Assembly: GCA_047495785.1 (NCBI GenBank)
Contig: JBLDXI010000011.1
Location: 1,860,001-1,924,000, forward strand
DNA: 64,000 nt
Source of the DNA: Lepidodermella squamata
Taxonomy: Eukaryota > Animalia > Gastrotricha
Direction of reading: 5' to 3'
Part shown: in pieces, positions 1-16,800 of the stretch
How the letters are laid out: each line of letters begins with the position of its first letter
Position numbering within the stretch: the stretch's first letter is position 1
Made by a program: the position numbers and the translations under genes
Notes under the pieces: generated by a model
Told to the model about the DNA's origin: nothing
Seen by the model: only the letters and a program-made list of their open reading frames with translations
Database searches by the model: none

Positions 1-1176
1 GCAAATTACTCTCGATTAAGAGTTTAATCGACGATCATCAATTTGCCGAAACAGTTCAACTCGCACATGCAATCAGAAAAGCGAAGAATGAAGCTATACA
101 TGTCTGGTTCCCAGTTCCCAGGATCATGCTGCATTTGATTTCTCAGTTTCATGGGAAAGCAGACATCTGCTCAAGGCTCACGATACAAAGCAGATGCACT
201 CTCCGCTCAACGAAAAAGTGACAGTTTTCTGCGTAATTTCGACGGCGAAAATCAGCCTCAAAATCAATAAATTGTAAGCAAAAGTAGCTCAGTGTAACAG
301 CAACAGCATAGCTATCTCATTTTGCGAAACAAACCTAGGCTAGGCGGCTACGCAACGCTCAAAGAGGCGTTTTTTGGCGCTGTTTTCAAAGTTTTGGCTC
401 GCGTTCGGTGCTTGGCGTTGTTTGAATTTTTAGATTCCCAATTTAAATGACCTCGACGTATTTTGGAAATTTTATACGGAAAATCTAAATTTATTCTATT
501 TTGCTCTATAATATTTTGCAACAATAATACTTTGAAATTCTTGATGATTTATAAAGGGCTACGTTTGACCGGCAAATGGGTGTTTACTCGGTCAGCTGTC
601 CAGATTGAGGTTGTAAAACCGCTGCGAAGAGTAGCGTCGATCGACCGACTGTCGAAAGTCGAAAGTCAACCGAAAGAAGTTAACCGAAAGGTTGGCGGTT
701 GGTGGTTGTCGGTAGGTCGAGGTCCCCAACTTAAAACGCAATATTTTTTCAATCGGACTACCGACTACCGTCCCCACCGTTGCGTTTGGTAAAAAAAACG
801 AATTGTCGAATGCTCTATGTATGGGCTTCGAACATTCTAGAAACAATTGTTTAAATGTTTACTTAAATCATCTTCTTAGAATGCCGAATGTAGCTTGTGC
901 CTATTCTTCATTGTTCAAATCCTAAATCCCGATAGGTATAGCACGTGACTTGCGCAAAATTGTTGCAAGAGATCATCGCATTCGTTACTTGCCAAGTATC
1001 AAGTTCAACGAGTTTGCTATCTCATTCGACATCGACATTTATTATTTACGCTGTCTTAGCTAGCGGTCTCGCTGGACCTGGGCGTACCTCTTGCTCTTTG
1101 TTCATCGCTCGCTGTTCGATGTGAAAATCGTGCATTATCATCCATTTAGGTTGTTTTTACTTACTATCAAGCGTAG

Positions 1177-3227
<2,051 letters not shown>

Positions 3228-3385
3228 AGCTTTCAAACGACTCGAATTTCTCGGTCAATCATAAGCTTTTTGTTCAATTTTCACATTTTCTGGCTTGTAT
3301 AAAAATTACGAATAATTCTGAAAATTTTCATATTTTTTTATTAAACTCCGCCTTAATTTTTTTATAGTTGTTGTTATTGATTAAC

Positions 3386-5010
3386 ATGTCAGAACAACGC
3401 TTTTTCGCTAATAAATTCGCGGATTTAACGCCTGGTGACACGGCTAAAGTTGATTTTGATTTGCTAAAATCGCATCTCGATCGATTGCTCTTCGAAATTG
3501 ACGACGCGATTGAAAGTGGCGATTTCGATACGAATGACTGTTCAGTCTATACTGGCCTTGCTGGAGTTGCTTACCTCCATTATTTCTTATGGAAAGTCAC
3601 GAAAAACAAGGCGAATTTGGAGAAAGCTCGGCAATTGATCAAAAAATGCTCGCTAAAAGGTGAGATTTATTTTTGAGTCAATTCAACGCTGTTTTTTGAT
3701 TGAGGAATTTTTTACATTAATGTACGTCCTTTGTACAATTTTTATTCACAGTCTCAATGGGTGCTCTCTGGTGTAAGCTTTAAACCTGCATATTGTATCA
3801 GCTAGCTGTTGTGAGGGCTAGTACCAGGGATAGTAGAAATGTCTTGGGCAGTACCATTTTCAACCTCTGAAAATAAATTGAAAGAAAACGAATGAGAAAT
3901 TCTGCGAAAATTTGGTTTTTATTTTATTGAAAATATGAGGTTAATTCAGTAAATTTATGAAGTCCTCAGTTTTGGGTCTAGTGCTAAACTCCATTTTTAG
4001 GTATTATAATGAAAAATAATAGGATCTGTGAACTGACGGGTTGAAAATTCGTTATTAAAATTTTCATTTCCCATTTTTTCATCATTTTAGGTAAACGCAT
4101 AACTTTTTTGTGCGGCGATGCTGGCATTTTGGCCCTCGATGCAGTAATTTCTAAACAAGCCGGCCACCATCACGATAAATGCGTCCAAAACCTGAAAAAC
4201 CTACTAAAAACAGCTCTGAATGACGAAAACGACGAGTTGCTATACGGCAGAAGCGGCTATTTATACGCGCTGCTATTCGTTCAAAACGAACTCGCCTCAT
4301 CCGACCCGATTTTCGCCGAAGAAATCGAGCAAATCTGCGCGAAAATTCTGGAAAACGGCCGAAAATGCGCGGCAACTCTGAAAAATGGCCCGCCGCTTAT
4401 GTGGCAATGGCATGAGAAAATGTACCTAGGAGCTGCTCATGGTGTTTGCGGGATCCTCCACACCCTTCTTTTGGCTAAACCATATTCGAACAGCGTTTTG
4501 AAATCGTTTGACAACGAAATCAAACCGACTTTAACTTGGCTATTGCATCAACGTTTTGAATCTGGAAATTTAAATTCGTCACTCGGCTCGCAATCTGGGG
4601 ATAAACTAGTCCAATTTTGCCATGGAGCGCCTGGTCTAGCCTTTGTCCTATTCAAATTTTGCGAAATTTCGGGGGATAAAGGCGAATTTTTTGAGGCGGC
4701 TATAAAGTCTGTTGATGTGATTTGGCAGCGAGGTTTGCTGCGAAAAGGCTTCGGCCTATGCCATGGAGCCGCCGGTAATGCTTATGCCTTTGTTTCGGCC
4801 TATCGAGCGACGAATGACGAGCGTTACTTGCATCGCTGGGCGGTTTTTGCGACGGAATTTTGTGCGAAACCTGACAAGTGGAAAATTGAGAAGCAGCCCG
4901 ATCGGCCGTGGTCGCTGTTTGAAGGCGCCGCTGGTACGGCGTGGTTTATCGCGGATTTGTGCAACAATCTGAAAGAAGCGTCTTTCCCGGCTTTTGAACT
5001 CATCGCTTGA
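3386..5010 (+). CDS. LANCL: LanC-like protein, eukaryotic LANCL family (exons 3386-3659, 4091-5010)
   Basis: SVYTGLAG, spliced RITFLCGDAG, ELLYGRSGYL, YLGAAHG, QFCHGAPG, GLCHGAAGNAY, PDRPWSLFEG, FPAFE. The phase-1 GT-AG intron 3660-4090 joins the two ORFs in frame. Confidence 0.95.
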
Positions 5011-5162
5011 AAAAGTCCAACTTAATAACCCGATTTTTTTTCTACAATTTTTCTAACTATTTTTCTCTTGATAATTCCTACTTGCAATCATTTTTTTCGA
5101 TTTTTTGTTTATTTAAATAGTTGATTTTTTTGTGTTAAATCGAATTATTTAATTATCGAAAA

Positions 5163-8100
5163 ATGCTGTCGAGCAAACTGAGCATTGACCAACTCGATGT
5201 CAAGGACAAGCGCGTCCTTATTCGGTAAGTATTTTGCACAATATTATGTAGAAATTCTAGCTTAAATGTGCGATTGAAGCAATATGGGGAAAATTGTTAA
5301 AATTCTTTTTTTTTTACTTCAATTTCGTCGCGTTTTCTATTGATTTCCATTGAGGACATAGCATAAAAATAATGGATATTTTGGGATTTTGTATTTAGTT
5401 TTTGCAATAAATACACAAGCAAAGAAAATACACGTAATAGGGATCAGAAGCTCGACAATTAGACACGAAGTCCCATCCTATGGCCAGAAAAAATTTAGAA
5501 AATTGAAAAAATCACGAGAATAGTAATGAAGTATGTCATTTGTTAATAGGATTATAAAAGTCCGGAGAAATTTGTTCAAAACAGGTGAAATACGAAAAAT
5601 ACTGGAACTGAGAAGACGATTTTGGAACGGCAAATTACAAATGTTAATAGTCATCATTGTAATTTTTGGAAAATTTGTGAAATTTTGATTTTTGAATTTT
5701 CAGAATTGATAAATTGTATTTTTAATTGTACCGGATATCTGCTGCGGTTATCGAAGGACATCACTTCAAAGTAGACCAAAAACGGTGTTTTTTCGGGAAT
5801 TTTTAAGGAAGAGACCGTAGGGGCTAGGGGCTGTGTAGATGAAACTTGGCAAACTGTTAGACCTCAACGAGACCTACATTCAGTAAAATTCCCAAGCGGT
5901 AGATCCCCATTGTTTCAGAGAAAAGCTGATTTGCGTGAAATGTTCAAACTTGTACCTGTTCAAAGTTGTACCGGATTACGGTAGTTATTATATTTGAATT
6001 TTCGGAAAATTTGTAAAATTGAAATTTTCGAATTTGACCCAAATTTAAAATTGCGCTTTTTTATTAATAATTTGAAATTTTGAAATTAATTTTTGAATTG
6101 TTGTTCCTAGCGTCGATTTCAACGTGCCGCTGAAGGGTTCGACCATCACCGACAACCGCCGCATCGTCTCGAGCCTTCCCACCATCAAGTACGCGCTGGA
6201 ACACGGCGCTAAGAGCGTCGTGCTCATGAGCCATCTCGGCCGCCCGGACGGCAACCGCAACGAAAAATACTCGATGAAACCGATCGCCGCCGAGCTGGAA
6301 AAACTGCTCGCCAAGCCCGTTATCTTCTTGGACGACTGCGTCGGCGACGCTGTGACGGCGGCCTGCGCTAACCCGGCTGCGGGCAGCGTGATCCTGCTCG
6401 AGAACTTGCGATTCCACGTCGAGGAGGAAGGCTCAGGCCTCGATAAGGACGGCAAGAAATTCAAGGCCGATAAGGATAATGTGAAGAAATTCCAGGAGGC
6501 CCTCACCGCCCTGGGCGATGTCTACGTCAATGACGCGTTTGGAACGGCCCATCGTGCTCATTCAAGCATGGTCGGTGTTCACCACGAAAAGCGAGCGGCT
6601 GGTTTCCTGTTGAAGAAGGAGCTGGAGTACTTTTCGAAGGTGTTGGAAGAGCCGAAGAAGCCGCGTCTCGCCATCATGGGCGGTGCGAAGGTGCACGATA
6701 AGATCCAGCTGATCAAAAATATGCTCGCCCGTGTCGATGAAATGATCATTGGCGGCGGTATGGCTTACACTTTCTTGAAGGTAAATCTCTCAAATTTTTC
6801 TATATTTTTCTGCCCATCTACAAAATTTCAAAAAACAGCCCTATAAGTCCCATAAGTAACATGGAAAAGGGTTCAGAAACTCTACAATGAGAGGGGAATT
6901 CATAACTCATAGCATGAAAAATTGTAGAAAATGCGATATGAATAGTAATGAAGTATTTCTCTAGTGAATGGGATTTAAAAAAATTCCGAAGAAATTGAAA
7001 CCAACCGACAAAAATCCGAAAATTACCGAAACAGTTGCCATCTTGTTTTTATCAAGGCTTCTCCGGTAAATTTTCAATTTATTCGGAAAAATCGAGGATT
7101 GGATAAGTGATCAAAGATTCTCTCAGTGGGCTTAATTTCAAAAATCAATTCAATTTTCTCTGAAAATTTGAAAAAATACAAAATTGTTACGCAACTTATG
7201 GGGCACGCTGTACATTTTTGAGTAAACCATTTTTGAGATGAAAATTTAGTCTCTATTCAGAAAATTATGATACTTTGTAGCAAATGTGTGTGAGTTTATT
7301 TTCGATTATTTTCGATTGGCGATTTTACGAATTTTACCTGATTTATTAAGATTTGAGACATCTTACTAAACTTTTTAAAATTTGCATAATTAATTGAATT
7401 TTGTTTTATCGATATTTAACTCAATCGGCACGTATTTGATCACATTTAGATTTTAGTATGGGTTTTTCGATAATTTATTTAGTTTTTACATTTTTTTATT
7501 GGTTTTTTATTAACTCGTTGTGGGAGATTCAGGACTGTTCCTTTTACAGGAAAATCGATTTGATCAGGTTGAACGGGTTCGGTGACATGAGGTTTTGTTA
7601 CACTCTCGTCAATACTCGGCCGGTCCAGCCGTTGTAAAGAAGTTTATTTATTTAACAAGGGAAACAAGTTGAGCATATGAATAGGGTTGTTTCTAGTATT
7701 TTGACGTAGATTCCGAATATGATGAAACCGTCATATGTTGACTTTGATTTTCACGCTCATAATAAGGCACTGTCAAATTTCAGCTGAATTACTGACTTAG
7801 ACAAAGGATGGTTTCATCCGTTAACTTCATGATAAGTAATCGGAATAATCGACTGCGGAATAGAACGACCGAGATCTATCCCCCACCTCCCTCTACGTGT
7901 TCAGCTTTCCCCGTCAAGAAATGAAAACTGCTTTTAATCTGAGTCACGCGGATACGTTGAGGTAGCAGCTCTGGCAAATGCCGAAGTTAGAATTTCGACT
8001 GATCGATTTGATTTGATTTGATTACCTTTTGTTGCCTTGGGATGACACTTTTACGATCTGTGATAGGGATGGCCAACCTTTTTTGGCCAACCTAGATTGG

Positions 8101-10793
8101 TCAAAATCTAGGACTAAGACTTACCGGTGGGCTCAGGTCAGGGCCCGGCTCTGAAAGGCATTTAATAAGAGCTTTAACGAGTACATTACCGAAGCTAATT
8201 GAAGGTTTCTTTGATCGAATTTTTCTTGGTGATTGTTTGGGTTTTTCCTGAGAACTAAGAAATTGCTTGAATTTCAAGAAAATCTCAGCATGCTACCGAG
8301 GAGAAATGAATTGCTCTTAGATTTGCAATGCGGTTGGCCATTTTCTGTTTTGCGGGAGTCAGACCAGGAATTTGATTGTGGTCTGAATCATGCGCCTTTG
8401 CATTGAAACGTCGCATGATGCGAGACTCTGTTGGGCAGTAGATAGAAGAGTAAGGACGAATTTGTCCCACGAAATACAAGCAATCCAATCAAACTTCGCA
8501 CCAGTGAATACTTGACGCTTTTAGGGTCAGCCGGAACTTCCGTTCTTCGTAGAGTTCCACGAGTTCCTGATCCAGAGTAACGTAGGGGAAGCAGCACTTT
8601 TAGGCACCTTTTACGATTGTTACGTTAGACTATAATATTACACAAGGCGCTAGTACAGCTGGTAGATCGCACATGTACCCAGTATAGCGATTACTAAAAT
8701 CTAGAATAGTAATGATACCATCGTGGTTGAACGTGTCGAACGCTTTCGATAAATCGATCGAAACGGCTCCAGCCACATTTCCTTTCTGTCAAGGAATGTC
8801 GAAAGAATGACTTTGGCTGTAACAAACGCGGCCAATACCGCTATTGCCAGTACGACAGCGAGACCCATTGCGCAGATCGTCATTGACACTTCCATTCGAG
8901 TAAGCTCAGTGTTTCTTGAAGTTAAGGTCCTAAAGACCAAGCCTGCTCTTGAGCGCTGTCGAAATTTCCATCAGAGATAGATCGTAGAAATCGTCTATCG
9001 ATCGATGGGAGCAAAAATTACTGAGATACCTACCACACGGTCTGGGGCGTCGATCGCTTCAAGAAATAGTTTTTCCTCCATTGGATCTGGATGGCGTCTG
9101 AATTGAAGTTGAGACTGATGAAAATGCTCGCCTGTCCACTCGTGAAAGGATGAAAAGCCGATCACTCCGCGCTTCGACCTGACCGTTAATTGGCCCGTGC
9201 AGGGTGACTAGAGCGTGTTCTCACGCGTTACAGGTCGCTTGAGTGGATTCTTGTCATTAGTGGGAATCTGGTTTAAGCAGTCCCAACAGTCGTTTGTGAT
9301 CCTTCAAAATCCAATCAGTGCCCAAATTATCGAGTTCAATGCTGTGAATCAGCGCGCATCGAAATCTCGATGGGCCATGAGTATGAGTTTGGAAGCAATT
9401 CGATTCACCGAATCACGGATTCTGTTTATGTTCTCCGGAAAATCGGGCCAACATTCACGTTTGAACACCGTTAAATTTCCATTACGCGATTTTGCCTTTC
9501 TAAATTGAAAATTCATCGTCTTATCGCTTCGTATGCAAATTATTTCATCGGTCATTAAAAAAGGCTAAAAATACCGATTTTTGTGATCCGAGGCCTTTCA
9601 AGCGAACAGTAGATAATTATGGCCGAAATTATTCTCGGAAATTTTTTCCGATTTTATTGCGATATATTTTGGTGCATTCTGACCTAAATCACTGAAAAAT
9701 TATGTTTAATTGAAAATTTATTTACATTTTTTGTTTTTAATTAGGTCACCCGCGATATGCAAATTGGCAAGTCGATTTTCGACGAGGAGGGAGCTAAAAT
9801 TATCAATGAGCTGTTGGAAAATGCCAAGGCGAACAACGTGACGATTCACCTGCCCGTTGACTTCAAGACGGCCGACAAATTCGAAGAATCGGCCGATGTT
9901 GGCGAGGCGACCGTTGAAAGCGGCATCCCGGCCGACCGCATGGGCCTCGATGTTGGGCCGAAATCGATCGAACTGTTCCGCAGCGTTATCGCTCGTGCTA
10001 ACACTATTGTGTGGAACGGCCCCGTCGGTGAGTAAAAATAAAAAATAAAAATAAAAAATTTGAAATGTTGAGAATTTAAAAAAAAATCTTTGAATTTTAT
10101 AAAATTTTTAAATGAAAAAGTTGAATTCAATTCATTAAATTGAACAATTTTTTTACAATTTTGTTGATTTTGTAATTATTTTAGAACGGCGGAATTTAAA
10201 AAATTGTCTCATTCTTTCCTTTTCCTCATTCTGAGTTTTGAGCCATTTTTATTTTAATTTATAATTTTTTTGTTAATTTTTGCTGATTGTTGATTGATTT
10301 TTCTAGGTGTGTTCGAATTCCCGAACTACGCCCATGGCACGCGTGCTGTGATGGACGCGCTTGTTGAGGCGACGAAGCGAGGCGCGATCACGGTTGTCGG
10401 CGGTGGCGAGACGGCCTCGTGCGCCTCGAAATGGGACTGCGAGGACAAGCTATCGCACGTCTCCACCGGCGGCGGTGCTGCCCTGGAACTGCTCGAGGGC
10501 AAAGTCCTGCCAGGTAAATTTCCAAAAAAAAATTGAAAATCTTGAAATTTTATGTAGAAAAATTAGTAAAATTCGTTTTATTCACTCATTAAATTCTGCG
10601 TAATTAATTTTTCAATCTTTTCTAAAATTTCAATTTTAAAATTTTGAAATTTTGAAATTTATTTTCAGTTATTTTCAGCTTAATTGTCTAAAATTTTAAT
10701 TTTAATTGTTCAATTTAATTGTTCAATTTTTTTATACATTTTTATTTTTATTTTTTTACAGGTGTTGCTGCTCTTTCGGAAAAGACCCATTAA
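5163..10793 (+). CDS. PGK: Phosphoglycerate kinase (exons 5163-5224, 6111-6780, 9745-10027, 10307-10513, 10762-10793)
   Basis: [94 protein letters not shown]. All four introns are GT-AG and phase compatible. Confidence 0.97.
5439..5610 (+). repeat. Dispersed interspersed repeat family (copies about 5439-5610, 6868-7050, inverted 19700-19792 plus 20391-20492, and 20510-20600)
   Basis: Shared blocks GGG(A/T)TCAGAA(A/G)CTC, AATAGTAAT(G/C)AAGTAT and GAAAAT(T/C)ACCGA..CAGTTGCCATC, aligned by eye. Confidence 0.65.
8380..9555 (-). mobile_element. Degenerate non-LTR retrotransposon RT remnant in PGK intron 2
   Basis: Minus-strand frame near 8715-8790 reads [21 protein letters not shown] (RT motif DLSKAFD, CR1/L2-like) among stops and frameshifts. 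Boundaries are approximate. Confidence 0.6.
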
Positions 10794-13184
10794 GAGCAGT
10801 TTGAATGGCCGCGGTCGCCAAATAAATATCGATACCGGAATGGATAGAAAAACTTATAAACCAAAGACTTTTGATGAAATTGATGGCTAATATACTTGAA
10901 AAATATATATGGATCGAAAATTGTTGACATACCCGTGTTATAGCGTGCGTCTTGCCACCTTAAAAGTAGAGAAGAAAAAAGCTTCACCCAGTGCATGTCT
11001 TCTATGAAACGAAAAAACTCTGCGGTGTGCGTATTTTTCCACAGTCTCACTGCCTATATATTATATTATGATTCATTGAATAGATTTTCTCCTTTACTGG
11101 AACCCCGGTACCGCTTCTACTCGTTTAGAGTAATAAAACTTCGAGTCGTGTTTTCAGCTAGTTTATTCTTATGATAATGATGAAATTTGAATTCCTTACT
11201 GTGATGACGATTGGTATATAGCCAAAAAAGCACCCTTTATCTCTATGCTTCTTCACTCAGGCGCGAATTACGTCTTATTCGTTGGTCGAGTTGTCTACTC
11301 AGTGTTATATATATTATTGTGAACAATAAAATTCGTACGCAATCAATGGTCTGTTTTTTTCGAGGTTTCCCCGCGATTTCGCAGGATTTTTCCAGGTTAA
11401 ACATAACGCGATGGTCAAAACCATTGACGGCGAAAAAATAGCGGAAACGTAATATTGAAAAAAATCAGAAAATTTCAGAAAAGTTGGCAAGATGATTCCT
11501 GATTTTCCTGCAAATTTTTTGAAAATTTTCTATATTTTTTTCTGATTTTCGGAAATTGAAATGTAATTTTTATGTTTTCTTAATTTGCATATGCAAATGC
11601 AATTGGGTCAAATTTCAAAGCAAAATTTAAAAATTAAAAATGTAGCCCAATTTTCTAGGGTAGGGCCGGCTAAAACACGGGCGTTTTTTCAACCAGTAGC
11701 TCACCAGGTAAAAAATTTTTATTACTTCAAGTTCACTGTTTTCACCATTCGCCTCATATTCGCCGTCGCATTGCATCAAGCATAGGTCGCAGCTCGCAAC
11801 TGTATCGCGCTCTGTCCATGTCACGCGTGTTGCGTTACGTAACATTTTGGCCGAGTCCGGAAGTCAAAATTGCGATATCACGCAAGCGATATAACACAGT
11901 CAACATACGAAATCATAATCTGAGGTGTTAATGAGGCGCGCTGATTACCTAAGTGTTACAACGGCCGAACCAGCTAGATTTTCCGTGTGTATGTATATCA
12001 ACGCCCTGCTTATCTATAGCGTCAAAAATTATATTTTGGGTCTGAAATACGACAGTAAAACTTGCATTCAAGCTAGAAAATTCGGTAAAATTACGTGGAA
12101 AAATTGAGAATATCGGCGAATTTTTCTGTCTGGAACTGCTCGGGTCCAAAGTCCAAAGGCTTGAAGCCAATTTAAACACTTTTCTGTTTAAAACATGAAA
12201 ATAAATGATCTGATAATTTCCAAAAATTGTGGTTTTCAGCTCGTAATTACTAGAAATAAAAACGAGTGCTGACATTCAAGCTAGCGACAAACGAGCGACG
12301 GGGGTTTAAAATATTATTTTCCACGCTTTCCAGTCTTTGCGATTTCTAAGCTTTCGTCTCTCGACTGATGCACTACACGACACCGGGAATATTTCATTTT
12401 TACAAACAGGTGCCATCGGCTGGGTGACAAATTTTTCAATGTAGGCTTCTCAGACTGCTGATATCGGAAAAATCACTGATTTGTATAATCGATATTATAT
12501 GGAATCGATATCTGCTCCGCGGGCCGAAGTATTACTCGAAAGCGATAGGGCGAAATTCGCGCATTGGGGAGATGTATGAGTTATGATAATAAAATTTGGA
12601 GGTTTGATTCGTTGAATTCGAAAAACCAAATTTTGGGAAATTTGGCGCTGGAACCGTAAAGTTGGAGTGCCCATTTGAGACACCCAATTTCCATTGCGAT
12701 CACATTTTTTTCGCAAATATTGCTTATTGCTCAGTTATTGCTGCTATTTTTTGACAGAGGACTCGATTGATGTGAAATAAAAAAATCGAAACGCCGGAAT
12801 TTATTTTCACATTTACAGCTTGATTTTTCAGGTTTCTGATAACGAATCAATTTTAGGGTCTACATCCTTCAGGCCTGGAATAAAAATAATTAATACAAAT
12901 TTAAGGACAAATTTTGACACTTTAAAATTTCGAAGAATTTCGGAAATAAATTAACTTTAATTATTCCAATTTGCACACCGCAGAAACGCAATAAAACACG
13001 TTTATAGACCAATTTTTCCTCGCGGTTTCAATATATGATGAGGCGGGAAATTTAACAGTGTCGCGACAGGGCCATGATTTTTTTTACGAGTGAATTATAC
13101 GACGGCAGCCACAAGAATTTACGACCGACTCAAATTATTTTCGAAACAATTAAACCATCGTGTGTGCGCGTGCGTTAATAAACG

Positions 13185-13320
13185 CGCCGACCAATCGCGT
13201 GCGGTCACGTGACGCGCCGGCCAATCAGCGCGCGAGACGGTGCGTGCGTGTGGCATATCGCGCACACGCATCTTGTTGTACTATGTTAACTATAAACTCG
13301 ACATCTCTCGCTTTTAGTAA
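13185..13320 (+). promoter_or_regulatory. Putative Cdx core promoter
   Basis: GC-rich island with CCAAT boxes at 13191 and 13221 flanking the palindrome GTCACGTGAC (13204-13213), TATAAA at 13291 and Inr-like TTAGT at about 13314. Confidence 0.5.
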
Positions 13321-13820
13321 GTATACCTACCTATGCCTCATTATAATCAACCCGTCGCGCTTGCTGAATTTATTGCGGCAATTCGCTAGATTGCATCTCG
13401 TTAACTCCACTTGTGATAATTTACCTCATCATCGTCTTCACTTGCCTCGCATAGTATAGGGTGACTAAATTCCGAGACGACGACGACGACGCCAGGCGCG
13501 GCGGCGTCTCTCGATAAAACGCCAGCCACCTTAATAAGAATAGTAATTTTTCGTCGAAAAATGCAAGGCGTAGGAGCTTCTGTTTTTATCAAACGCCACT
13601 CAAGGCGCCTTATCTTGTAGTATCCCTTTGATCCTACCGCCAAAGCCGCTGCCTATCTCGCACATTCTATCACATTTTTTCCCACGGCTGGGCTAGAATT
13701 AATCAAAAATGGTTAGAAAAATGAAATAAATTTGATGTGTGCCAAACAAAATTTGCAGGTGATTTATTGCGATTTAAATTTGATACATTTTTGATCACCC
13801 CTGTCAATCAATCAACACAA

Positions 13821-16800
13821 ATGGTTGTATCGAGCGGGGCTGTTATCAGCGCGCAACACGTCAACCATGCCCTAGCGACGTCGGCCGATAACACGACCGC
13901 CAGCAGTAATGAATCGAGCGACGCGACTACGTCATCACCGGGCGGAGTTTTACAGCCGATAACAGCCGGCGGCGGCGGTGGCGCCCAGCTTAACAACACC
14001 GCGGATCGGGAGAACGCCAGCAAGTGTTACACGGCTGCGGTTAAATCACCGGTTATTAGCAGCAATTCTGAAGTTAACAATAATTTTGACGCGTTCATAT
14101 CGCTGCACCGATCCATGACCGCTTCGAGTGCGTCTCCGGGCAAACCGGCGCCTGATGTCCCATCGCTGGGTTCCAGCGGCTCCGATGCACCCGTTGCACC
14201 CGTTGTGCCACCCTACTATGGGTATTCTTCATCGAATTACGGCTCGGCATCGTCCGCCGGCTATCAGTCCTACTTCGACTACGGCCCGTCGTCGTCGTCC
14301 TTCGGCTACCAGGGTGCCCAGACGCGGGGCCCCTCGACGCAATGGTTCCCATCGGGTGACTTCTCCGGGCGCCAGCAGCAATCGACCGGAAATTCGCTGC
14401 ACGATTTCTACCAGCGCGTTTATAGTCAACAGTCGCCTCACAACTCATTCCTATCCCAAAATCCAGGTAAATTAAAATAATTTTCTATATTATAGGGAGA
14501 AAATTGCTGAAATGAGCGGTGAATTTTTACAGCCACTGAATTGCCGCCCGTGGCACTGCCATTAGGTAAATTACACGGCTATAAGAGTCCGAGAATTGCT
14601 GCCAATTTCATGCCTGGCTGGAGATATTGCTTTATTGATGGCAATAAATACTTTTATTGTCCTTCATGTCAAATTTTTCAACCAACCACGTACTTCATCA
14701 GTCAATCTTATTACATTATTTTCCCTATAGTTTATAGTTGAAACAAATTCGAAGCTAAGATTTCATTCTTCATTCTTCGTTACGCATCATCGAATTTTTC
14801 TCAACACTAAATTCTCACCTCAGAAACTTTTGACCTTGAGAGATTAAAAATTAGAGAGATTAATATTTATTTCCGATGAAAAAAATATTGGATTAGCCGT
14901 GAAAAATATCAAGAAAAATCCTCCTTAATCGTTTTTAATTTGAAACATTTCAGATTCTCGAAAAATTTCAAAATTTCAATTTTTTTCAAATTTTTATTGT
15001 TCAAATTATAACTTTCAAACTTTTGAAATTTTATCTCCAACAATCCAAATATTATCAAGTGCGGGAAATGGACCTTGGGAATGGCGAAATCGCAATTTTT
15101 GAATTTCTAACCTGTGAATCTAGCCAGAATTTAAAATTTCAATCAAGTTTCAAATTTCATATTAAAATTTGAAGTTTTTTTAGAAATTTTGGCCTAAAAT
15201 ATAGCTTGAATAATTTTTCCATCGAAATAAAAATTTCTCACATTTCTTGAAAATTCTGGAATTTTTATTGAAATTATTGAAATTTCAGAATTTCATCGAA
15301 ATAAGTTCCACATTGATTTTTTTTCAACTCAGGGAATTATTTTTTATTTTTATTTCAACTTTAATTATTTCAATTTTTTCCTTATTAGTTTCCTGTGATG
15401 TTTTGGGTGCACCCTCGTCGTTCCTGGGCGCCCCTTCGCACCACACGGGTGCAGGACACGCGAGCGGGCTCGGGCACGCGCACGCACCCGCGCACCTCGA
15501 CTCGATGGCGTCGCTGTTGTACCCGCACGCGCACCCGCCCGCCACCTCGTCAGCATCGGCGCCTGGCCTCGGCTCACGGCAATTCTCGCCCGGCTCGCTG
15601 CTCGGCAAGGTGTCACCCGGTGGCCAGTTGGGCGCCGCTAGCTCGGACAGCAGCGAGCAGCTCGCGCGCTCCTCGCGAGCTCCCGCCCGCCTCCAAGGTG
15701 TCGACATGATGGAAGACGACGACGGCGACGACGGTGATGACGACGATGACGACGACGACGGTGGCTCGACGCCGCGGCCCAACTCTCAAGGTGAGTCGAG
15801 AGACGAAGAAAGGGCGTTACTTTTTACACCGAGTGCGCGCACGCACACACGCACTTTTTATTGCGTAATTAAAACCCGTTGATGAGAAGGGCGCAAATGG
15901 GTGACATGATTTTATGACCGAAATATGAGCAAAATTTGGCACACTGGAGCTAGATGAACATGACCTGATACCTAATTTTTCACTAAATCTCTCCATTGAT
16001 TAATAGAACTGAGTAATTATCTTAAAAATAAAAAATACCATTTTTCGTAATCATTTTCGAATTTTTGAAAATTTTTAAAAAATCCAAAATTTGTTATAAA
16101 ATTTGTCCCGAGCGGCTGTGTTAATAATATTCAAATCCAAGTTTTTATAGGATCAAATTGAGATTTTCCAGCTTCATTTTTCATATTTTTGAGCTTTTGA
16201 ACTTCGCTTGGCCGTCTCTTCTACTTGCTTCGTTTTTCCATCAAATTTCATTTTTTCCTCATTTTTTTATTTTTTTGTTCCTCTATGTCGCTAGCACGTC
16301 TTCGTTAATTTTGAAATTTTATAAAATTAAGGGCTTTAATATTTAGGTAAAAATTGTTCCTCATGTGCTGAAATTTTAATTTAATTTTTTTTCAAAAGTT
16401 TGAGATTTTCAAAATTGGATTCCAGATTTTCAAGTTTCGAATTATGAGTTTTCTTACTATATCTTAGCACAATTTTCTCGGAATTGAGCCTCCGGAAATG
16501 ATCATGAAGTGTGTACACTTTCAATCATTTCGAATATTTCCAACTTCAAATTTTTTGAAATGTATGTCAGCCAAAAATGTCCACATTAGTTCAGCTTTTA
16601 GTTATAAAGGCCAGCGTGCCACCGGAAAATTGATCATTTCAGGTTCATTTTGTATGCAATTTTCTGAAATTCTGAAATTGGATTTTTTTTGAAAACTCCA
16701 CTTATTTCCTAAATTCAAATTTTTATTCAAATTTTGGCACAATTTCCGACACGCTCGTTAAATTAGGTCACGCTTTATATCGAGTGCGCTCAAGCGCGTC

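Noticed and set aside
463-846. Short ORFs and ACCGA/TCGA-rich sequence upstream of DDX41
   Set aside because: No protein motifs and no clear TIR or TSD. Possibly a decayed repeat or promoter, but unsupported.
3386-5010. LanC-like cyclase plus many small Cys/Ser/Thr-rich ORFs as a lanthipeptide (RiPP) cluster
   Set aside because: It is an ordinary intron-containing eukaryotic LANCL. No LanB/LanM dehydratase or leader-core peptide is present, and the Cys-rich proteins have ER signals and disulfide-type LU patterns.
6045-6506. Long antisense ORFs over PGK, DDX41, Cdx and LamG exons (e.g. 6045-6506, 2530-2997, 15324-15782, 45597-45923)
   Set aside because: Shadow frames of GC-rich coding sequence with no independent motifs.
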